Assembly (NCBI GenBank): GCA_035545915.1
Contig: DASZXL010000022.1
Span: 1-48,831, forward strand
Direction of reading: 5' to 3'
Origin: Minisyncoccota bacterium
GTDB lineage: Bacteria; Patescibacteriota; Minisyncoccia; Phycocordibacterales; UBA6065
DNA length: 48,831 bases
Positions within the stretch are counted from its first letter, which is position 1, and every line of letters starts with the position of its first letter. Shown piece by piece: positions 1 to 8,830 of the stretch. The position numbers were made by a program, and so were the translations under genes. The notes under the pieces were generated by a model that saw only the letters and a list, made by a program, of their open reading frames with translations, was not told the DNA's origin and did not search any database.

Positions 1-519
1 TCCACGGAAGAGCGCGGTGAATCGCGGGCGTTTCGGGACGGGTTCATAGAAAAAGTCGCGTTCGTCGACGCCTGAATACGATATGACGAGCTTTCTTCGG
101 GGCACGAGGAAGAGCCGGCTCACGTAGCGACATTGCGCTTCGCTCTCGAGGAGGACCTTGGACGAGAAATGGAATGAAAGAAGATCGATGATGTACGAGC
201 GGATTGCTTTCGCGCCGAGGAATCCGTATTCGCGGCGGGACACGACGTTCGCCTCCCACTGCGACGATACGGCATTGAATATGATCGGTTGTTTGATCGC
301 AAAACGGGCGCGAATAGCGAGGAGCGGAGAGGGGTAACCGACGATGATCGTGTCGTCTGGGCGCGCTTCGCGCTTAAGGCGCTCGATCAGGCTCTTGTAT
401 GAAAAAGCATCCTTCTTTTCGGCGATCTCAAGAACCTCATGATCGAGCTCGCGGAGGCCTTGTATCAGGTGAGTATCCTGCGTATACAGGTTTTCGGTAT
501 TAAGGTAGAGGAATCTCAT
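1..519 (-). CDS. Glycosyltransferase, GT-B fold (GT4/GT1-like), N-terminal part; 3' end runs off the left window edge
   Basis: Absent from the supplied ORF track because it is edge-truncated. Manual minus-strand translation from the ATG at 519-517 gives MRFLYLNTENLYTQDTHLIQGLRELDHEVLEIAEKKD...KLVISYSGVDERDFFYEPVPKRPRFTALFRG, with no stop through position 1. The layout resembles the N-terminal Rossmann half of GT4 enzymes. It is divergent from the methyltransferase at 582. Confidence 0.55.
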   Translation of the reverse strand, partial: MRFLYLNTENLYTQDTHLIQGLRELDHEVLEIAEKKDAFSYKSLIERLKREARPDDTIIVGYPSPLLAIRARFAIKQPIIFNAVSSQWEANVVSRREYGFLGAKAIRSYIIDLLSFHFSSKVLLESEAQCRYVSRLFLVPRRKLVISYSGVDERDFFYEPVPKRPRFTALFRG

Positions 520-530
520 TCGTGGCTTTA

Positions 531-536
531 AATATA
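531..536 (-). promoter_or_regulatory. -10-like box TATATT, 11 nt upstream of the ATG at 519 (short or absent leader)
   Basis: Plus-strand aatata is TATATT on the minus strand. The gap to the start codon has no SD-like purine run. Confidence 0.35.
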
Positions 537-567
537 GCATCAAATCTGCTACCATTCTCTCATCTCG

Positions 568-573
568 TATTAT
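568..573 (+). promoter_or_regulatory. -10-like box TATTAT, 8 nt upstream of the ATG at 582 (candidate leaderless mRNA)
   Basis: The sequence reads cgTATTATctctagccATG, with no SD in the gap. Confidence 0.4.
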
Positions 574-581
574 CTCTAGCC

Positions 582-1202
582 ATGAAATCATATTCCATCA
601 TCCGCGACGGGGAATACAAGAATTTGGCCGAAGTCACGCTCGATGGTGCTGTTCTCGACCTTGGAGGCAATATCGGGTCCGAATACCACACGCTCATAAA
701 GGGTACGCATAACTTCACGACGGTGAACATCGATCCCTCTCATGGATGCGATCTCGTTTTCGATATCCAAGAGAAATTTCCGCTCGAGACGGGGTCGTTC
801 GACGCGGTGCTATCGATGAACGTCTTCGAGCATATTTACGGGTTCCATAATGCGTTCTCGGAATCGTCACGCGTTTTGAAGCCGGGCGGCACATTGGTAT
901 TCGCCGTGCCGTTCATGCATCACATACACGGCTGTCCGGACGATTATATGCGCTATACCAAATCTACGCTCGAGAAACTGCTCCTCGAGAACGGCTTCAA
1001 GCGCATGGACATACGCGAAATAGGGCAGGGCGTCTGTTCGCTCGTGTATCAATCGATGTCGGGAGCTCTGCCGGTATTTCTCAAACCTTTTCTCAAAGGA
1101 ATTGCTGTTTCGGTGGATCGCTTCTTTTGGAATATCGCCCCGCGCTATCGCGCTATGGCTGAAAGGATACCGCTCGGCTATTTTGTCGTAGCTCATAAAT
1201 AA
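582..1202 (+). CDS. Class I SAM-dependent methyltransferase (Methyltransf_11-like)
   Basis: The track ORF 522..1202 starts at a GTG. The first ATG is at 582 (MKSYSIIRDGEYK) and follows a -10 box, so it is preferred. Motifs: VLDLGGN (SAM motif I), FDAVLSMNVFEHI, LKPGGTLVFAVPF. Confidence 0.8.
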   Translation: MKSYSIIRDGEYKNLAEVTLDGAVLDLGGNIGSEYHTLIKGTHNFTTVNIDPSHGCDLVFDIQEKFPLETGSFDAVLSMNVFEHIYGFHNAFSESSRVLKPGGTLVFAVPFMHHIHGCPDDYMRYTKSTLEKLLLENGFKRMDIREIGQGVCSLVYQSMSGALPVFLKPFLKGIAVSVDRFFWNIAPRYRAMAERIPLGYFVVAHK

Positions 1203-1203
1203 C

Positions 1204-2343
1204 ATGAAGCGTCGTCTCTTCCTCATATTTCACGGCAGGTTTCCGGGGGAGAAGGCCGCATCGCTTTTTGCCGCTAAAAGCGCCGAATCGTTCGCCGATG
1301 CAGGTCTTGATGTGACTATCCTCGTGCCGCGGCGTGCGGGCGTCGATAGCCAGAGCGCGTATGAATATTTCGGCGTAAAGAAGAATTTTTCTGTGGTTGA
1401 GCTCGATGCGACCGAATTGTCGTCTGTTTGGAAAAAGATATCGTTCTGGTTGAGCTATCGTTCCTTCGCAAAAAGCGTAAAGGCGTATATCGTCGCGCAT
1501 GCCGGTCCCGATGATATCGTGTATTCGAATGAGACATTGCCGCTCCTCGCCGCATCGTCCGTATCTGCGAACACGTTCTATGAGATGCATGATTTTCCCG
1601 AGAGCAAGCTTGCGCTCTTCGGCAGATTTTTGAAAAAAGTACGCTGGGTCTTGGTCCACAACACATGGAAGAGGGATAAGGTCGCCGAAATGTTCGGAAT
1701 ATCTCCTGATGCGATGCTCTGCGAGCCGAACGCCGTCGATATCGCGCAGTTTGATATATCGATGTCCAAGGAAGAGGCACGGAGGGAGCTCGGTCTACCG
1801 ATGGATAAAAAGATTGCTGTTTACACGGGACATCTCTATGGTTGGAAGGGCGTCGATACGCTCGCGAAGGCCGCCGACATGCTGAGTGACGATTTTGTCG
1901 TCGTATTCGTCGGCGGCACCCCTGCCGATATGGCGGCATTCAGGGCGAAATACGGCGCCTCGAAGCGCATCATGATAACGGGACATAAAAAGCATGCGGA
2001 AATTCCGATATGGCAGAAAGCCGCCGACGTGCTCGTATTGCCGAATTCTGGTAAAGAGGCCATATCGCTCTACTACACATCTCCGATGAAGCTTTTCGAA
2101 TACATGGCGAGCCGCCGCCCGATCGTCGCCTCGGATATTCCGTCCATACGCGAGATCGTCGATGGATCGTGCGCGTCTCTCGTGCTGGCTGACGATGCCA
2201 AGGCTCTTGCCGCGGCTATCCGCGAGCTTGCGAATGATGCGGGCAAATCCGCAACGCTTTCCGCCGCCGCCTTTCAAAAGGTCAGCGACCATACATGGGA
2301 TAAACGCGCCTCCCGCATAATCGATTTCGTAGAAAAGAGATGA
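1204..2343 (+). CDS. Glycosyltransferase family 4-like (GT-B)
   Basis: 379 aa. The C-terminal signature is GKEAISLYYTSPMKLFEYMASRRPIVASDIPSIREIV (an EX7E-type motif). The gene starts 1 nt after the upstream stop and ends in an ATGA overlap with the next gene. Confidence 0.85.
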   Translation: MKRRLFLIFHGRFPGEKAASLFAAKSAESFADAGLDVTILVPRRAGVDSQSAYEYFGVKKNFSVVELDATELSSVWKKISFWLSYRSFAKSVKAYIVAHAGPDDIVYSNETLPLLAASSVSANTFYEMHDFPESKLALFGRFLKKVRWVLVHNTWKRDKVAEMFGISPDAMLCEPNAVDIAQFDISMSKEEARRELGLPMDKKIAVYTGHLYGWKGVDTLAKAADMLSDDFVVVFVGGTPADMAAFRAKYGASKRIMITGHKKHAEIPIWQKAADVLVLPNSGKEAISLYYTSPMKLFEYMASRRPIVASDIPSIREIVDGSCASLVLADDAKALAAAIRELANDAGKSATLSAAAFQKVSDHTWDKRASRIIDFVEKR

Positions 2344-3752
2344 AGAATATCTGGTCCCGCTACAAGATAGAGATAATTATATTCCTCATCGCCCTTGTCG
2401 CGCGGCTCGCTCTTTTCGGCGTCGTGTTCGCGCACAACGACGCGAATCTGCTCGATACCATTCATGGAGATGACGGCTACTACGAATTGTCTCAGGGTAT
2501 TTTAAATGGTCATGGCATGACATGGGACGTAGCGCCGCCATTTGATCCGAATCCTTTGCGCCCGCCGGTCTGGCCCTATCTCATCGCATTCTTCGCAGGC
2601 ACATTTGGAACGTATTGGGCCGTATTCATCTTTGAAGTCATCCTTGGTGCATCGATACCCGTTCTCGCATATCGTCTCGGTGGCATGATATTCGGGCGGC
2701 GCATAGGGAAGTGGATTGCGGGCATCATGTGCGTCGAGCCGTACCTCATGCTTTTCTCCATCATCCTCTATACCGAGACGTCGTTCATGTTCTTTTTCCT
2801 TATATCCCTCATATTCCTATTCAGGTATATCGAAAAACCGACCATGCGCGGAGGGCTTTTCTTCGGTCTTACGCTCGGTATCGCGACCATGGTGAAACCG
2901 ACGGTGGAATATGCGCCGATACTCGTTCCGATAGCTCTCGCTATCATGTGGCGCGCGCGATTCAAAGGGGAAGAGGGAAGGCGCTTTTTAAAAGAATTTG
3001 TTAAGCAATCCGTCATTTTCCTCTGTGCCTTTCTCATCGTCATAGCGCCCTGGCTCTATAGGAATCACGAGACATTCGGCGTCTGGGGCATGAGCGCCCA
3101 GCCCGCTTTCAATCTCTATGTGTATCTCGTGCCGACAATCCTTGCTATCGATAAGGGGACGAATTTTCAGACCGAATATCAGTCATTCGTAAAGGCTAGC
3201 GGCTTTGACGAGAATTCGATCACACTTGCCAATGGAGAGATCTATAAGTCCCGCGCGTTTGATGTGATACGTGATCATAAGGTCGCGCTCGTGAAGTCGG
3301 CCCTTATTACAGCTGTTACATTCTTTACCCACGACGGAATGCTCACGTTCCTCGGCTATTCGGGCGTATCGATACCGAATGTCGTATCGAAGCCCGCGAT
3401 ACAGCTCCTCGCGCACCCGATCGAACTTGCCAGGACGATGTGGGCATATGCGACGAGTCCCGCAGTTCTTATCATCCTTATGCGCCTATTCTGGATCGTC
3501 GTAACGCTCTTCTTCGTATTCGGAGCATACCGATATATCCGGAGGGAAGGGGCGAAGTCCGCAGCCATTATGGCGCTCCTCGTCATACTCTATTTTGCGG
3601 CTACGACGGCGATCAACGGCTTCGGCGTGAATGCCCGATTCAGGATGCCGGTCGACGCTCTTATCCTCGGCTTCGCATTGTTTGGACTTTTCTCTTTAAA
3701 AAGTCATAATACTCGAACTGAAATCGCCCCTGAAATCGCTCGCGCCCGATGA
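2340..3752 (+). CDS. Polytopic GT-C membrane glycosyltransferase (ArnT/PMT_2-like, GT39/GT83-type)
   Basis: 470 aa with many hydrophobic helices. The first-loop motif HGDDGYYELSQGILNGHG is typical of ArnT/PMT-like enzymes. ATGA start/stop overlaps occur at both ends (2340-2343 and 3749-3752). Confidence 0.65.
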   Translation: MKNIWSRYKIEIIIFLIALVARLALFGVVFAHNDANLLDTIHGDDGYYELSQGILNGHGMTWDVAPPFDPNPLRPPVWPYLIAFFAGTFGTYWAVFIFEVILGASIPVLAYRLGGMIFGRRIGKWIAGIMCVEPYLMLFSIILYTETSFMFFFLISLIFLFRYIEKPTMRGGLFFGLTLGIATMVKPTVEYAPILVPIALAIMWRARFKGEEGRRFLKEFVKQSVIFLCAFLIVIAPWLYRNHETFGVWGMSAQPAFNLYVYLVPTILAIDKGTNFQTEYQSFVKASGFDENSITLANGEIYKSRAFDVIRDHKVALVKSALITAVTFFTHDGMLTFLGYSGVSIPNVVSKPAIQLLAHPIELARTMWAYATSPAVLIILMRLFWIVVTLFFVFGAYRYIRREGAKSAAIMALLVILYFAATTAINGFGVNARFRMPVDALILGFALFGLFSLKSHNTRTEIAPEIARAR

Positions 3753-5317
3753 AGCTTTCTATCGTAATCCCTGTATATAACGAGGATAAGACGCTCGAAG
3801 AGATCCTTTCGCGCTCTCTTGCGGTAGCTATACCTGGCTGGACGACCGAGATCGTTGTCGTCGACGATGCATCGACTGACCGCACGTCAGCTATTTTGAA
3901 GGGGCACGGCTCGAAGATAAAAGCCGTGAGGCTCGATACGAATTCCGGCAAGGGCACGGCAGTCATGCGCGGCCTCTCTGAAGCGACGGGCGACTATATC
4001 GTCATACAGGACGCCGATCTCGAATATCATCCGAAGGAGATCCCGTCTCTCGTAGCTTTGATAGGAGAGCAGGGCGCTGGCTCCAAAGGCGCCGTCGTCT
4101 ACGGCTCTCGCAATCTCTATCACGAGAAGCGCGAAGGCTTCATATTCCAGCGTCTCGGCGTTTGGATCATAACCAAGATCATCAATACGCTCTATGGCGC
4201 CAAGCTCACTGACGTATGGACGTGCTACAAGCTTTTCCCGGCGGACGCTAAAAAGCATTTCGTGCCAGGGCGATTCGAAGCAGAGCTTCTCTTCACCGCG
4301 GCTCTCTTGCGCGACGGATACGATATAAAAGAAGGTCCTATATCGCATGCCCCGCGTTCAGCCGCGGAAGGGAAGAAGATTCGCTATCGCGACGGCTTTC
4401 GTGCCATCCAGCTCCTCCTCGCCGACAGGCTCGGCAACCTGAAGAAGCCCGAGATCCACATGACGGGCGATCATTCGCGCATAATCTGTTGTCCTTTCTG
4501 CAAGGCGGATCTCCTCAGGACCGAAGCCGGTCTCATATGCAAAAAGCATGGCCATTTTATGGTCGATGAGGCACAGCGGCCGATCCTCATCGAAAAAGAG
4601 GTCTACGAGCGCAATACCGACCAGCATGAATCGGGCGTGAACTGGCTCAAGTCGTTTTTCAAGCAGTGGCCGAAGTTCTATTATGCCCTCTGGCATTATG
4701 CTTGCCCGGTCATGATGCTCGTGAACGGCCCGCGCATGATACTCGACAGGGTAGAGGAGGGGGCGATCGTCATCGATGTCGGCTCTGGCCCTGAGCGCCT
4801 CGGCAAGGAATTCCTCAATGTCGATGTATTTCCGTTCCCCGAAGTAGACATTGTCTCAGACGCGACTCAGTTGCCGTTTAAAAACGATTCTATCGACGGG
4901 GCGGTGTCTGAATCCCTTTTCGAGCATGTGCCTGATGCCCACAAAGTCGCTCGCGAGATGGTCCGCGTCGTGAAGCCGGGCGGTTACATATATGTCTCCG
5001 CTCCGTTCATGCATCCGTATCACGCGTCGCCTGACGATTTCAATCGCTGGACGGTATCGGGGCTCAAGCACATGTTCTCTGACCTCGAGATCGTCGAGGC
5101 GGGCGTGAGGTCAGGTCCGTGGTCGACGTTCCTCATGTTCCTCGCATACTGGCTCGGCGTCATATTCTCGTTCGGCTCCCGCAAGGCCGCGCCGTTCCTC
5201 GCGCACATATTCATGCTCGTACTCGGGCCCCTGAAATACCTCGACTATATCTTCGTCTATATGCCCGGGTCGGACGCTGTCGCGACGCATCTCTATATAC
5301 TGGGAAGGAAGAAATAG
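3749..5317 (+). CDS. Multidomain fusion: polyprenyl-phosphate GT2 (GtrB/DPM1/ArnC-like) + Trm112-like Cys motif + class I SAM methyltransferase + C-terminal transmembrane segments
   Basis: N-terminus: MKLSIVIPVYNEDKTLEEIL, VVVDDASTDRT, IVIQDADLEYHP (the GT2 DXD region). Middle: CCPFCKADLLRTEAGLICKKHGH. C-terminal half: VIDVGSGPERLG, FKNDSIDGAVSESLFEHVPD, VKPGGYIYVSAPF. Tail: hydrophobic WSTFLMFLAYWLGVIFSF...FMLVLGPL. Confidence 0.75.
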   Translation: MKLSIVIPVYNEDKTLEEILSRSLAVAIPGWTTEIVVVDDASTDRTSAILKGHGSKIKAVRLDTNSGKGTAVMRGLSEATGDYIVIQDADLEYHPKEIPSLVALIGEQGAGSKGAVVYGSRNLYHEKREGFIFQRLGVWIITKIINTLYGAKLTDVWTCYKLFPADAKKHFVPGRFEAELLFTAALLRDGYDIKEGPISHAPRSAAEGKKIRYRDGFRAIQLLLADRLGNLKKPEIHMTGDHSRIICCPFCKADLLRTEAGLICKKHGHFMVDEAQRPILIEKEVYERNTDQHESGVNWLKSFFKQWPKFYYALWHYACPVMMLVNGPRMILDRVEEGAIVIDVGSGPERLGKEFLNVDVFPFPEVDIVSDATQLPFKNDSIDGAVSESLFEHVPDAHKVAREMVRVVKPGGYIYVSAPFMHPYHASPDDFNRWTVSGLKHMFSDLEIVEAGVRSGPWSTFLMFLAYWLGVIFSFGSRKAAPFLAHIFMLVLGPLKYLDYIFVYMPGSDAVATHLYILGRKK

Positions 5318-5343
5318 AAAATCGCCAGAAGGCGATTTTTTTT
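5318..5343. terminator. Bidirectional rho-independent terminator between convergent genes
   Basis: The hairpin is aaaatcgcc-agaa-ggcgatttt, flanked by an A-run on the left and a T-run on the right. Confidence 0.7.
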
Positions 5344-5347
5344 GACA

Positions 5348-6151
5348 TTACTTACCCGAATTCGTATCGGGGCTCGTCGCGGTGCCGGCGAGTATGCCGC
5401 CGTCGACCATGAGCTCGGAGCCGGTCGTATAACTCGATTCGTCGGATGCGAGGAAGAGGACGGCCTTGGCGACCTCTTCAGGAGTGCCGAAGCGCTTCAT
5501 CGGTATGTCAGCCGCGTACTTTTTGTGATTCTCCTCGAATGCCTTGCCCTCGCCGAGCATGCTCTTCCACATCGCCGTCATGATAGACGCAGGATGGACC
5601 GAATTGGCGCGAATAGGGTAGCCCTTAGCTGCGCAGTAGAGCGCGACTGATTTCGTATGGTTTCGGATGGCCGCCTTGGTCGACGCATATGCCGCGGCAA
5701 ACGGAACGCCGACGATCCCAGAGCGGGACGATATGTTCACGATCGATCCGCCGTTCTCTTTCATGAGCGGTATGGCGTATTTGCTGCCGAGGAATACGCT
5801 GTCGAGGTTGATGGCGTGTATCTTTCTCCAGTCATCGAGCGTCGCGTTCTCAGGATCTTGGGCGCCTTTGCCGAGGATGCCGGCATTGTTGACGAGGATG
5901 TTGAGGCGACCGAATTTTTTCTGGATAAGCGCCGCCGCTTCTTTCCACGAATCCTCATTCGATACGTCGAGGCGGATGTACGTGCCGCTGAGAATTGCTG
6001 CTTCCTCGGCGCCCTTCTCGTCGTTCACGTCCGCGATGACGATGTCCGCGCCTTCGCGCGAGAGGAGCGACGCTATGGCGAGCCCGATACCGTCGGCTCC
6101 GCCCGTGACCAATGCGACTTTACCCACGACCCTTCCGTTTAGATTATTCAT
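5348..6151 (-). CDS. Short-chain dehydrogenase/reductase (SDR, FabG/glucose-1-dehydrogenase-like)
   Basis: 267 aa. Motifs: GKVALVTGGADGIGLA (TGxxxGxG), NNAGI, and YASTKAA (catalytic YxxxK). Confidence 0.85.
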   Translation of the reverse strand: MNNLNGRVVGKVALVTGGADGIGLAIASLLSREGADIVIADVNDEKGAEEAAILSGTYIRLDVSNEDSWKEAAALIQKKFGRLNILVNNAGILGKGAQDPENATLDDWRKIHAINLDSVFLGSKYAIPLMKENGGSIVNISSRSGIVGVPFAAAYASTKAAIRNHTKSVALYCAAKGYPIRANSVHPASIMTAMWKSMLGEGKAFEENHKKYAADIPMKRFGTPEEVAKAVLFLASDESSYTTGSELMVDGGILAGTATSPDTNSGK

Positions 6152-6172
6152 ATAGGTATCTTATTACGCAGA

Positions 6173-6178
6173 ATTATA
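6173..6178 (-). promoter_or_regulatory. -10 box TATAAT for the SDR gene
   Basis: The minus strand reads ttttttgtgTATAATtctgcgtaataagatacctatATG. There are 21 nt between the box and the start codon. Confidence 0.4.
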
Positions 6179-6184
6179 CACAAA

Positions 6185-6211
6185 AAAGACGAAGGGGGTA
6201 CCTTCGTCTTT
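6185..6211 (-). terminator. Rho-independent terminator (minus strand)
   Basis: The stem gacgaagg/ccttcgtc has a 5-nt loop and is followed on the minus strand by a tttttt run. It lies 19 nt downstream of the small-ORF stop. Confidence 0.6.
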
Positions 6212-6229
6212 GGTGGCCGATGAGCTCGA

Positions 6230-6337
6230 TCAGAGCTTGAAATCGCCGAGACCGAGTTTGCAATGCTGGTTGATCACGAGGCGTTTGCATGCCTCATAGA
6301 GGTCTGGGAATCTTTGGCAGAATTCAGTGATATTCAA
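6230..6337 (-). CDS. Candidate 35-aa Cys-containing peptide, below the ORF-track size cutoff
   Basis: A TTG start at 6337-6335 is preceded by GAAAGGA with a 5-nt spacer. Translation: (M)NITEFCQRFPDLYEACKRLVINQHCKLGLGDFKL, stop TGA. A terminator hairpin follows. The frame stays open upstream (alternative GTG at 6388, TTG at 6409), so the start is uncertain. Confidence 0.3.
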   Translation of the reverse strand: MNITEFCQRFPDLYEACKRLVINQHCKLGLGDFKL

Positions 6338-6414
6338 TCGGGTCCTTTCGTTGTGGTTTTTGAGGTTTAAAGTACAGGGGTTTGGCACTCTTTCTACATT
6401 AAAAACCAAGAAAG

Positions 6415-7338
6415 TTAATAGGTGCGAAGCTCGCTATAGGTATTGTCGAAGTAGGTCGTTTTGCCGGCATAGTATGACCAATCCATCGGACCTTTTTTGG
6501 CGATGATATGGGGGATATTCCCGTGCCATGCGGCGAACGCGCCGAAACTCGAATCAGACCCTATGATTGCGTCTGTGTAGGAGAGGAGGAAGAGATCGAC
6601 GACCGAATTCTCCTTGGATACGTATATGTTTAGGTCGGCGAATTTCGAAGGATCGATTGGTCCGTCAGACGCGATCACGAATGCCGTCTTCGCGTCGACG
6701 AGGCCGTTCTCGTCTATGTATTCCTCCGCGATCTCGCGGAAGAGTTCCTGCGACACGAGGTATTTGCCGCCCTTGAACGTCGCATAGTCGCTCTGGCGTA
6801 TGTGAAGGCCGATGATCCGGTCGTAGCTCTTGCGGAGAGGCGCCATGATGGTATCAACTCGCTGGAGAATCTGATCAGTTGGTTTGAATGCCGCACGGAG
6901 CGCGTCCGCGTGCTTCGCGAAGCCCGCAGGGTTCCTAAAGAGCCAGCCTGTCGTATAGAGGCGCGCGCAGGCGTCATATCGCGCGGGCAATGCCTCTGAT
7001 GGCGGCAAAAGAACTATCTTATTCTCTGAATTCTCGGACGAATACACAGAGCGGGCGCACAGTTTTTTGGCGAGAGCCGCATAGAGAGCGTATTTGAACC
7101 TCTGATTACGCGATATCCAGCTGCTTCGTCTCCTTGGTTTCAAAAAGAAGAGCGACCGGAGCTTGGTTATCGCACCTTCGTCCTTCAGAAATCTAAAGAA
7201 GCGGTGATATTCGTAGAATGAAGGGTTTCGGACGGGGACGTTCGCGTCTATGCCGTAGGCAAGCACGCTCGCGTAATTCCAGAGCTGGTTCGCGAGTTCG
7301 CCGCCGCCGTGCTTCAGGATGACGATGCGCTTGATCAT
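6415..7338 (-). CDS. GT11-like glycosyltransferase (alpha-1,2-fucosyltransferase family-like)
   Basis: 307 aa. RIVILKHGGGELANQLWNYA resembles the GT11 GGLGNQMFQYA motif. GLHIRQSDY resembles HVRRGDY. DLFLLSYTDAIIGSDSSFGAFAAW resembles the C-terminal GT11 motif. Confidence 0.55.
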   Translation of the reverse strand: MIKRIVILKHGGGELANQLWNYASVLAYGIDANVPVRNPSFYEYHRFFRFLKDEGAITKLRSLFFLKPRRRSSWISRNQRFKYALYAALAKKLCARSVYSSENSENKIVLLPPSEALPARYDACARLYTTGWLFRNPAGFAKHADALRAAFKPTDQILQRVDTIMAPLRKSYDRIIGLHIRQSDYATFKGGKYLVSQELFREIAEEYIDENGLVDAKTAFVIASDGPIDPSKFADLNIYVSKENSVVDLFLLSYTDAIIGSDSSFGAFAAWHGNIPHIIAKKGPMDWSYYAGKTTYFDNTYSELRTY

Positions 7339-8066
7339 GATCGTATCTTTTCGATGATGTCTCTTTGGCGCTCGACGGGGAAGAAGAATCGGTTCTCGGA
7401 CGAGCCGTCGTAGGGCTGCTCGGCATAGCCGCGCTCCTTGAGGAGGGACAGGAGGAATGCCGCGTTCGGGCCTTTGACCTCTATGAAGAGGATGGGACGA
7501 AGCGACGCGAGCGTCTTTTCAGCACCCTTGAATACCGAGAGTTCGTGGCCTTCGGTATCGCATTTGATGAGATCGAGCCTGGCGATGCCGCGCGTGGCGA
7601 CGAATGCGTCGACGGTGTCTACATGCACGCTCTCCGTTTCAGAGGCGCTCTCGCTCGGCTCGAATGACGCCATCTGGGTATATCGGCCGATGGTGCTCAC
7701 GGGTATGGCGAGCTCTTTGTCTCCCGCCGCGTCAGAGAAGGCGATATTCTGGGGAATGATATCAGATACCTTGCTCGCGACGCCGCGGAGGACGCCGAAC
7801 ATGCGACTCTGCGGCTCGAAAGCGAATACTTTTCCCGCGCCGCAGACCTTGGCGAAGAAATAGCTCAGTTCGCCGCGGTTGGCGCCGATGTCGAATACGA
7901 CCGAGTCTTTGCCGAGGGCTTTCGCGAGCGGCGCGAGCTCTTTCTCGGCGAGGCTATAGTTTCTATCCCATCGGCCGACCCAGCGCTTTCCCTGAAGATA
8001 CTGGAAAGGGCCGAAGGGCGTGAGTTTCTCAACGACTTTCGATTTAATGCGGCTGAGGGCGATCAT
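7335..8066 (-). CDS. FkbM-family SAM-dependent methyltransferase
   Basis: 243 aa. Motifs: VFDIGANRGELSYFFA and IDLIKCDTEGHELSVFKGAEKTL (the FkbM signature). ATGA overlaps occur at both ends. Confidence 0.8.
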   Translation of the reverse strand: MIALSRIKSKVVEKLTPFGPFQYLQGKRWVGRWDRNYSLAEKELAPLAKALGKDSVVFDIGANRGELSYFFAKVCGAGKVFAFEPQSRMFGVLRGVASKVSDIIPQNIAFSDAAGDKELAIPVSTIGRYTQMASFEPSESASETESVHVDTVDAFVATRGIARLDLIKCDTEGHELSVFKGAEKTLASLRPILFIEVKGPNAAFLLSLLKERGYAEQPYDGSSENRFFFPVERQRDIIEKIRS

Positions 8067-8830
8067 GCGTTTATGAAATGATAGAGTCCGGTGCCGAAGC
8101 CTTTCTTCGGGTCGTACGCAGACTCGACGTTCCTGCCGTATATGTACCTCTCCTCCGCGAGCTCGAGTTCCTTGAAGAGTCCCATGACGCGCGCGCGGGT
8201 GAATGCGCGATGGGCATTGAAGTAGGTCTTATCCTCCGCGTCGACAGGCACGGATATATAGAGCGAGCCTCCGCGGGCGAGCACGCGCGACAATTCCGCC
8301 GATGCCTTCTCGGTGCCGAATTGGTCGAGGGGGTCACCGTAGCGTCCGAGGCCGATATGTTCGATGACGCAAATGGATGAGAGCGAGGATATCTCGCCGT
8401 CTTTGAACGGCAGCCTTGTGATATCGCCTTCGATGAACGAAAGCCCTGGAAGGGAGATCGACAGCGGACGGATGTCGATCATAGTCGTCGGCGTGAACTG
8501 AGATATGATGCCGACCATGAGCGCCTGCGAGGCTATGTCGTAATGGCGGGCAGGCTTCGCTTCGAAGACTTTCTTGGCGCACCAGCATCCTTGGATGAAA
8601 TAGACGGGATCGATCTCATGAGAGTCGGTCTTGTCGTGTATCCGGGGGAAGAGATCCGCGGTCGAGAGCTTGTACGCAGAATTCCGCGCGAGCTTCTGGT
8701 ATTTCCGATAATCAGAAAGGTATGACGCGAGATTCTTCGCGCGAGCGGAGAGCGAAGGCTTTATGCGGAATGCGCGCGCCGCGACGACGGCGTATTTCAG
8801 TATCGATATGGATTTAAGCTTCTCTTTCAT
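8063..8830 (-). CDS. Class I SAM-dependent methyltransferase (DUF268-like)
   Basis: 255 aa. Motifs: CVIEHIGLGRYGDPLD and LARGGSLYISVPV. Confidence 0.65.
   Translation of the reverse strand: MKEKLKSISILKYAVVAARAFRIKPSLSARAKNLASYLSDYRKYQKLARNSAYKLSTADLFPRIHDKTDSHEIDPVYFIQGCWCAKKVFEAKPARHYDIASQALMVGIISQFTPTTMIDIRPLSISLPGLSFIEGDITRLPFKDGEISSLSSICVIEHIGLGRYGDPLDQFGTEKASAELSRVLARGGSLYISVPVDAEDKTYFNAHRAFTRARVMGLFKELELAEERYIYGRNVESAYDPKKGFGTGLYHFINA

Noticed and set aside
2341-2343. Possible alternative genetic code (UGA recoding, as in some candidate phyla).
   Set aside because: TGA terminates several well-delimited genes at family-consistent lengths, for example the ATGA overlaps at 2340, 3749, 7335, 8063, 8827 and 10531. 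The standard code 11 fits.
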